Origin: Eledone cirrhosa
Taxonomy: Eukaryota
Assembly (NCBI GenBank): GCA_964016885.1
Contig: OZ024753.1
Location: forward strand, 25,916,001 to 25,980,000
DNA: 64,000 nt
Direction of reading: 5' to 3'
Shown here: positions 56,098-64,000 of the stretch, one piece after another
Position numbering within the stretch: position 1 is the first letter of the stretch
How the letters are laid out: every line of letters begins with the position of its first letter
The notes under the pieces: generated by a model
Told to the model about the DNA's origin: nothing
Database searches by the model: none
What the model saw: only the letters and a program-made list of their open reading frames with translations
Position numbers and translations under genes: made by a program

Positions 56098-56295
56098 CCA
56101 GTGTATACAGGCCACAGACACCCACACACACACAAACATATATATATATACACGTACATATACACACACACATACACGTATATATATATATTGGCTTTCC
56201 AATGTCATTTTACATTATATACAATTTGTGTATATTTTAATTATTTAAAAATTATTTTTAAGTGAACATGACCCAACGGGTCATGGGTGGTCTAG

Positions 56296-56792
56296 TATAT
56301 TACTAAAAGTCTGTGATTAATTGCTTGCTTGCTTGTCTGTAATGTATTACAGCCAAAAGGGTGCATAATGGGAAAATACTTTGCGAGGAAGTTACCCCTG
56401 AAATGGGAATACAAATAGAATTAAACAAGTTTCGCGTAAATCGGACCACTGGTACCCGAGATATGGGGTTTTTCCGGGTGTCTTCTTAAATAGAGAGAGA
56501 GGGGAAGAGATAGTGGTTGTGAGAAAGTATACTGAAAGAAAGACATAGAGAGAGGGAGATGAGACAGAGAAGGATAATGGAAGAGAGAGGTGGTAGTGTG
56601 TGTGTGGTGTGTGGTGTGTAGTGTGTGTGTGACCAGTGCATGTAGTCACAGACATATATATATATACACACACACATTTATATATATGAGCCTTCCAGTT
56701 TCATTTCACCATATTTACATGTCTGTGTGTATTTTAATAATCTAAAAATTATTTTTAAGTGAACGTGACCCAACGGGTCACGGGTGATCTAG
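56296..56792 (+). mobile_element. ~500-bp non-autonomous Helitron in tandem with the large one
   Basis: The 5' part matches 48830-49020 (actaaaa…gcttgcttgcttgtctgt…cagccaaaagggYgcataatggg). The 3' end is hairpin CGTGACCC-aac-GGGTCACG plus CTAG|T (56789-93). Confidence 0.88.
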
Positions 56793-57087
56793 TATATATA
56801 TAAAAGCAGTAATAGAGATAAGGAACCATGTTCGGAGGGGGTACCCTTTTTAGATGAGGGGGCGGGTCCAGGTCATTCGCCTCCACCGCCCCCGATAAAT
56901 CCTACTCTGCTTCTTTTCATCACATTCATGTATTCTTCAATGTCGTACCTCCTTCTTATGTCTGACCCTTCTCATTCCTTGTCGCAGAAGCCCTCCTTTC
57001 CACTCATCTACCTTCATCTCTTCTGGTTAAATGTCCTCCCAAACCTCACTCTACTTATTTCCTGAAGTCTGGTGGACAGGAAGAGTT

Positions 57088-57255
57088 TGTAGAGCGTCAG
57101 ACAAATACTAAAAACTATTTCTTTGTGTTCTGAGTTCAAATCCCGTCCAGATCAACTTTTCATCCTTCTTTTCATCCTTTTCATCCTTCTGCTGTCGCTA
57201 AAATGGAATACTACTAAATTACAGGCTTCCATCACAATAAAATGCTGGCTTTCTG
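57088..57255 (+). mobile_element. Degenerate SINE family A
   Basis: B box gagttcaaatccc, then ttttcatcc repeats and tgctggc…aaaatcagaaac. Confidence 0.6.
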
Positions 57256-58913
57256 CTAAAATCAGAAACTTATTTTCTGAAATAGGTCGTGACTGTGTTA
57301 AAGGAGCAGCATTTCTTTATGACTTTCTAGGTTCAAATCCCGCCTTTCATCCTTCGTAGATTAATAAATAATGTAGTAGTCTAGTACTGGAATCATGCTC
57401 ACTCACTCACATACACACTCTCTCTCTATCTATCTATCTATTAAAACACACTCTCTCCCTCTCACACACGACATCTCTCTCCTCACATATGTATGTTCCG
57501 ATGATCTGGAGAGGGCTGACTTCTTCCATTAAGTACTGGAGTCGATCTAAAAGATATTTACCCCCTTCTCCTTATTTCCTGAAGTATATATCTAACTCAT
57601 GTCTTCCTTCTTCACACCAAGTTTTATCTTTCCACCTCATATTCAACTTTTCTACTTCTATTTCCTATAGAATTGTTCTAATTCTTTCTCATCTTCTCAT
57701 CCTCCATCTTTCACTCCAGTAAGCTACAGCTACTCTTCCTAACACATTAGGTAAGCACCTTATCTTTCCATGTTAAATGCTAGTTGTCTTTTATTGCCAA
57801 ATATATTACTGTATTAGAATGTTTTTTCGCTCTAACATGGCTGGATATGTATATATGCATTCGTGAGTTTTATATCGAATATCAATAATAGTAATCGATT
57901 CATTTGCAAACAGCCTCCTTACAATATGTTTTTTGGACGACCTTCATCATCAATTTGTTCTAGAACTTTTGCTTGATATAAAACTCGCGTGTTTTGTATT
58001 GTCCATGTCATCAATCTGGTTTAGTGAAATGCAGTTATTTACTTCCTCTATCGTTATCTGTTCTTGTGTGTTGCAGTTTATCATATAGCAAGTCTTTACC
58101 CTTGTGCGTATTAAAGTCCATGTTTTTACTTCCACTATATATATAGTATATTTGTTAGCTGTTCTCCTCATTGGTCAGTATATAGTGATTTCTCTGCCAT
58201 CTGAAAACCATAGATTTAGAAAGATAATGCAAAGAAATAACAAACCCTCTGATGACAACAGCAGACGTTACCCACCTCCATCTTCCCCGACAAACAAGAA
58301 ACATACAAATAGATGAATCATAGCTAGATAGAAAAATAAATCAGTTATACAACAAAATAAAATAGCTGAAGAGATGAGAAGTGAAGTCTATTTAGGCGGA
58401 ATTAGGAAACAAAGATGAGAGCAATATCGGAGAAAATAAAATGGTAAAGATTCTGAAGATGGGGAAAATCCCAAAAGAAATTTTAAAAAATGAAAGAATA
58501 AAAAAAGAACCAATATATGAAGAATAATTTATTTTTTATTTAAGGCAGGAAATAAGGAGATAATAGAGGTGGAGGAGTGGTGTAGTTCGAAAGTAATCAG
58601 ATCCTAAAGGAAAGACCATTCATCCATGAGGAATTATCACCGATTATTTAGAAGTAAATAGAAAAATTATTGAAAAAATATTTTAAGAAATAAACTCCAT
58701 GAAAACAATAAGGGGACAACTGATAGATTAACAACAGGGCACCAGTAATAATTGAGCAAGACACTTTATTTCTCGTTGCTCATAAAAGGGACCGACACAT
58801 ATGTTCTCGACGTCAGATTATCTTCAAGGAAATCAACTGATGTAAAACTCAAATTAGGTCCAACAAGACATTAACAAAGTCTTCATGAAAACGTCTTTGA
58901 TTCTATAAACAGT

Positions 58914-59200
58914 GGTGTAGGCACGTGGTCTAGTGATAAGGATGTTGGACTTAGATCATAGCTTCGTGGGTTCGAATCCTCGACTGAGTTGTGTGTTGAA
59001 TTCTTGAGCAAATCACTTCACTCCACGTTGCTCCAATGGACTCAGCTGAAAAGGAGTACTAGCAATATCTGGGGAGTTTAACCCTGCGATGGACTGGTTC
59101 TCTGTCCAGTGGGGAAGTCTTGTACTCTGTCACTTCAAGCCATGGAAACCGGGATAAGCACCAGACTAATAACACTCTGGGCTTGAGACAGACTTTAGAC
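58914..59200 (+). mobile_element. tRNA-derived SINE (family B)
   Basis: A box tggtctagtga, B box ggttcgaatcc, central cttgagcaaatcacttcactcc…cctgcgatggactgg…tccag…gaaaccgggataagc. This resembles conserved metazoan SINE central domains from memory; the domain name is not assigned. Confidence 0.75.
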
Positions 59201-60227
59201 TTTTTTGTCTAAACAGTAGACACATAACAACCATTAAATGGACATAAATGGAGCAAGACTCACAATTATGAATGTTATGTAAAGCAATAATTATTTTAGC
59301 AATAAAATATAGATGTACATAGGGCAGTGTTATTTGAAATCATAAGTGTGGCTTAAAATGATTAAAAGACGAAAATTTAGAGGTGAGAAGAGTTCAAATA
59401 ATGTTTTTAACGTGTTGCAATGTACGAAAAATAATTTCCTAAAATGTCAAATTAATGTTAGTGTAAACATACATGTAGATAGCAGAAAGTTTATATGGTA
59501 TATGAGAGAAAACTATTAAGAGTGAAATTTTATAAAATACATTAATAGGAACGTTTTTATGACATGTTATAGAATTATATAAAATAACATAGTGGTGTTT
59601 AGCGGTAACGTAGGTGTTTAAATAAAACTGACTCTTCTGCCATCAATTTCTAGATCATAGCAGTTGGTTTTTACTAAAAGTGTTAATTTATTTCCAGACC
59701 TTCCAAGTATGTTTTATTGTTATTAGTTAAAGAATGTGATAAATACACATGAGAAGTAGTAGTACAGGTATTTCATGAAATGGTTTAGTCGTATCAACTT
59801 GAAATAGATTTAAGTACAGTCCGGGTTACAATAAATTACAATGTAAACCCAGCCACCTCAAGAAGAGGAAATAGAAGTAGTTAGATTAAAAGGTCGCTTT
59901 GTATGAAACAATTGTACAGAAAAAGGAAAGGGGAAGAGAAAATTGAATGATTCTGTCGATATTGTTGTCACTTTTTCTATTTTGTCTCTCCTACAACATT
60001 ATCAGTAAACCAAACATTGCTGTGTTAAACATATTCCTCTTAAGAAATTACCATGACTTGAAAATACGAGGGTCGAAAATGGAGTGACCAAATGGGGTTT
60101 ATTTTCCAACAATGCAGTTACTAATAATTGATGCATGCAAGATTTCACAGCCCTAGCATCATTCCTTCATAATCAGCCTATGAACATTTTAGCCGTCACT
60201 CGTACATAATTTCTATCGTCAATAAGG

Positions 60228-60393
60228 ATTTCTTGTATAGGCACAATTTGGAGGGAGGGGAAAGTCCATTAAATCGACCCCAGTACGTTACTGGTACTTT
60301 ATTTTATCGACCCCGTAAGGATGAAAGGCAAAGTTAACCTCGGCGGGATTTGAACTCAGAATGTGCGTCCGACCCTCTACCGATACTACCAAT
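60228..60393 (-). mobile_element. SINE family A (internally deleted)
   Basis: ctggtactttattttatcgaccccgtaaggatgaaaggcaaagttaacctcggcgggatttgaactcaga. Confidence 0.85.
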
Positions 60394-60409
60394 ACACCGT
60401 CAATAATAA

Positions 60410-60594
60410 TAATTGTTTCTACTTTAGGCACAAGGCCAGCAAATACCCAGTACATTACTGGTACTTTATTTTATCGACCCCGTAAGGATGAAAGGCAAAG
60501 TCAACCTCGGCGGGATTTGAACTCAGATCGTAAAGGGACGTAACTATGCTGGAAAGCATGGCGTCCGACCCTCTACCGATACTGCCAATCCACC
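60410..60594 (-). mobile_element. SINE family A, near full length
   Basis: Reverse complement of 60958-61141 with about 5 differences. Confidence 0.92.
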
Positions 60595-60791
60595 AATAAT
60601 ACCAAAATATTATATAGTTTTGTTTTTTTTCTTATTCATTTGAAACGAAACAAATTGTAAATTTTTACCTTCTAATGTTATCGCCTCATCTTTGAACAAC
60701 TGTAGTTAAAAGACCTGTTTTACTAAGCAGGTACCCACCATTAACGAGTGGCAATTATCAGTTTCTATGAACACAAAAACCATATCATCCG

Positions 60792-60848
<57 letters not shown>

Positions 60849-60954
60849 TGTTATATTTAAGGATGGTCATTCTGCCCAAATTGCCAATAGAAAGAAACAC
60901 ACACACCATATAATTTTCAGTTCATCGTTATTGATCATTATTTGATTGTCAAAG

Positions 60955-61138
60955 GGCGGTGGATTGGCAGTATCGGTAGAGAGTCGGACACCATGCTTTC
61001 CAGCATAGTTACGTCCCTTTACGATCTGAGTTCAAATCCCGCCGAGGTTGACTTTGCCTTTCATCCTTACGGGGTCGATAAAATAAAGTACCAGTAATGC
61101 ACTGGGCAATTGCTGGCCTTGTGCCTAAAGTAGAAACA
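60955..61138 (+). mobile_element. SINE family A, full length with 18-bp target-site duplication
   Basis: A box tggcagtatcgg, B box gagttcaaatccc. TSD attatttgattgtcaaag at 60937-54 and 61139-56. Confidence 0.95.
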
Positions 61139-61571
61139 ATTATTTGATTGTCAAAGTTCTTTCGTCACACATTCTGTGAACTCCTCAGTGATTATTTGTT
61201 TTGTGCCTCCTCTTTTTTTCTGGTCTTAAACTTCTACTCCACATTATTTTCAGTTGCGATGTTAGTGTTTCGTGTTTGCGCATGCGAATCTGTGTGTGTT
61301 TTTGTGTTTGTCATGTCTACGTGTGTTTTATGTGTGTGCGGGTTTGTATCGTTTTCTGTTTGTGTCTCTAGTCTGTCTTCAGTCGGGCTGTTACTATTCC
61401 ACTCTTGTTCAGGCGGCCGTCACATTCCGTAGACTCCTGAGACTCCTGCCGCCGTAATTTGCTCCACAATATGTGAACATAAAAACAAGATTACTAGACG
61501 AATGTGTGAAACTATTTCTAACTTTAAATATTTCTCCCTCTTCTTGTCTAAATCTCGCGCTTTCCCGCATA

Positions 61572-61756
61572 CGAGGGTCAGCAGAAGTGTTCATAGACTA
61601 ACTATAAAGTAGTGATGCTAGAGCTGTGAAATATTGCATGAATTAATATCAACTCTTCTTATTAGTAAGTGCATTGTTTCTTTCCAGAAAATAAACCTCA
61701 TTTAGTCATTCCATGAGAGTATCTTGGTCAGTTTATGAACTTTTTAGCCGAAATTC

Positions 61757-61757
<1 letters not shown>
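61572..61757. mobile_element. Mariner/Tc1-type MITE
   Basis: TA|cgagggtcagcagaagtgttcatagact … ggtcagtttatgaactttttagccgaaattcg. Homologous to 31487-31678. Confidence 0.75.
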
Positions 61758-61800
<43 letters not shown>

Positions 61801-61832
61801 AAGGCTTCTACATATATATATATATATACACA

Positions 61833-61890
61833 CGAGGGTAGGATGAAAAGTTCATAGACTGGCTATGAAGGGTTGATGCTAGAGCTACAG
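61833..61890. mobile_element. Truncated left end of the same MITE
   Basis: cgagggtaggatgaaaagttcatagactggctatgaagggttgatgctagagct. Confidence 0.65.
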
Positions 61891-63436
61891 TTAGACCTCT
61901 CACCTGTTGTTACACGTGGTATGGCAATCTGCTTCAGATGTTTTGCATAAGTGAGTAATTCGTGTTTTCTTTTCTTTATTTTTTTGGTGTCGTTGGTTAA
62001 TTCTTTAAGATTTGTTTATTTAAAACATTCAAACAATAAATTGTGTGCTCGATACTAGTGATCAGGTAGAAAAGTAGCGGTGACTTACCTGGCAATGTAG
62101 CTACCAGGCTGAAACATTCATACAACCACCACTTAGAAAATACGCGCGTGCACACACATACACGTTTGAATTGTGTGTGTATTATGTATGTGTGTGTATG
62201 TGTGCAATAGACAACTGTCAAAATTGTTTATTGAAACATGTAGAAGTTTGTTTGACAAAATTTCAAACTCATATTTCAAAGGATGGCATCTTGGAAAAAA
62301 ATAACTAATTTTAATAAAATTCATCCATTTAATATTCCAAGTATCTTTACTTGAATACATAATTTTATACTCACTTAAAGTTAATGTATTAACATATGTG
62401 TATATATAGTGAGAGAAAGATGTGGAGAGAGAAAGACGAAAATAACATGTTCAGTGACAGAATACTATATTTTACTTAGTTACATTTTAATTTACTTTAT
62501 TTACTACTCGTGATGTTTGTTAAAATATTCTGTAATGTGTTGGTTTTGTACACTGTTGACGTTTCAAATTGATTTTTCTTTAATTTCGTTAGCGTGCTTC
62601 TTGGATTGACAGAAATGTGTGTAATATAGCCATATTGGTTATATTACATTTCTTCCTCTTTCCCAATAACACTGAATTCTTAATGTCACATTCCACCTAG
62701 CTGTAAAATAGTTATCAGGATATTACTTCCAAACCACGAGAAAATATCGAGACTGTCTACCGTTTACCTGTCAACTAGAAATAGCAGGCTAATTTCCCAC
62801 AAGTAATTCGCCGCAATCTTTAAAAGCTATAAAGCACACACTGGGCAATATGGACGCTGATATTGAAAGGATTGGTTTGCTATGTCTAGGGTTGCTAGGA
62901 TCATGTATCTGCTCGATAATCTCTCAGCTGGAGCTGATCAGTAGGATAAAAATAATATCTGACATGTTGGTCCCAAGACAAAATGGCAGATCATGATTTT
63001 TGTTTGCTTCAGCGATACTGAGCAACATCTGTGACAGAGAAATCTATAAGAAGCTCGAGTTCCAAAATCGATCCAAATAAAGCTGTAAGGTGCAGTATGA
63101 GATTAGAGGGGGGGTATATGATACAGTAAGCTGGGCAATAAGAGAGAGAGAGAGTAAGAGAAAACTGTCAATAGAAAGATATTAAGATACGTTCCTACAG
63201 TCTAATAACATAATAGATATGTTCAATATTATCGTCTGTCGTAATAAAAGATTGCTATTTATGTAAAGGATATTCACCTCAAACCCTAATAATATTTTAT
63301 TGTCAATTCAACTTCTATATTCGTGGAGACAATTCACTGTTGTATAAAGTAAAAATTGAAAAAACAACTGTTTAACTTTGGTATTTGGTTCAAAACATCT
63401 CGTGTAATATCCTCCTCCCCTAATATTCGATATATT

Positions 63437-63644
63437 TCAGTCGAAACTTTAGGCACAAAGCCAACAAATTTTGAGGTGGGTGGGTTGATTAAATCGATCC
63501 CAATGTATTACTGGTACTTTATTTTATTAACCCCGTAAGGATGAAAAGCAAAGCTAACCTCGGTGGAATTTGAACTCAGAATGTAAAGGGCCCGAACAAA
63601 TGCCACAAAGCCAGCGACCCAACGATTTTTCCAATCAACCGCCC
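63437..63644 (-). mobile_element. SINE family A
   Basis: ttaggcacaaagcc…ctggtactttatttt…ggatgaaaagcaaagctaacctcggtggaatttgaactcaga…ccaatcaaccgccc. Confidence 0.85.
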
Positions 63645-63986
63645 TATTTCAGTCGGAAATAATAAGGTCTTGTAAACGATGATTTTTTTTTTTCTCGTTT
63701 TTTCATTACATCTAACCCCTGAAAATTGTGACAGCAATGTATTATGTTAATTTGCACGACTTTATATTGCTTGCTTTGCTAAAACATTGTAATAACCGAC
63801 ATGCTAGAAATAAGCAATTCTCCTTCTGATTGTATCTCAATGTATATATGCATGTTACTTGCACAGCAATCCTAGCACAACTACAGCTGTTTAACTCTGA
63901 CAAAAACATGTTTTACCGCGTGACTAACTGATCAAATGAGGGAAGGAGAAAGATACTAAAAGAAACTCTTTAGCAATTTCGTAATA

Positions 63987-64000
63987 CGAGGGTCGGCTAA
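63987..64000. mobile_element. Start of another MITE TIR at the window edge
   Basis: TA|cgagggtcggctaa. Confidence 0.5.

Noticed and set aside
58245-58275. CTGATGA word as another hammerhead (also at ~14372)
   Set aside because: No stem II followed by GAAA and stem III/NUH.
58914-58990. Functional tRNA gene
   Set aside because: A/B boxes are present, but there is no closed acceptor stem and the sequence continues into a SINE body.

Overview
AT-rich eukaryotic (animal) DNA with no recognisable host gene. Microsatellite load and SINE type suggest a coleoid cephalopod such as Octopus, but that is inference. Left part: kilobase (TA)n-derived microsatellites (2.4-12.4 kb, with a 200-N gap) holding small retroelement insertions. 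Middle: a ~16.3-kb array of a 33-bp satellite with multi-kb higher-order duplications, lying between the head and tail of one tRNA-derived SINE. Right part: a chain of mobile elements joined by short (TA)n spacers. These are three degenerate Penelope-like retroelements (RT + C-terminal GIY-YIG), solo and inverted pseudo-LTRs, a non-autonomous RTE derivative, and a ~7.5-kb Helitron with a tandem mini-Helitron. SINEs and mariner-type MITEs are scattered throughout. The main signal that the ORF track misses is about 12 minimal type-I hammerhead ribozyme motifs on both strands, most with palindromic stem III. One lies in a ~660-bp non-coding retrozyme-like element, and one predicted cleavage site matches the 5' end of a full-length element. 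All structures were folded by eye; no database searches were run.
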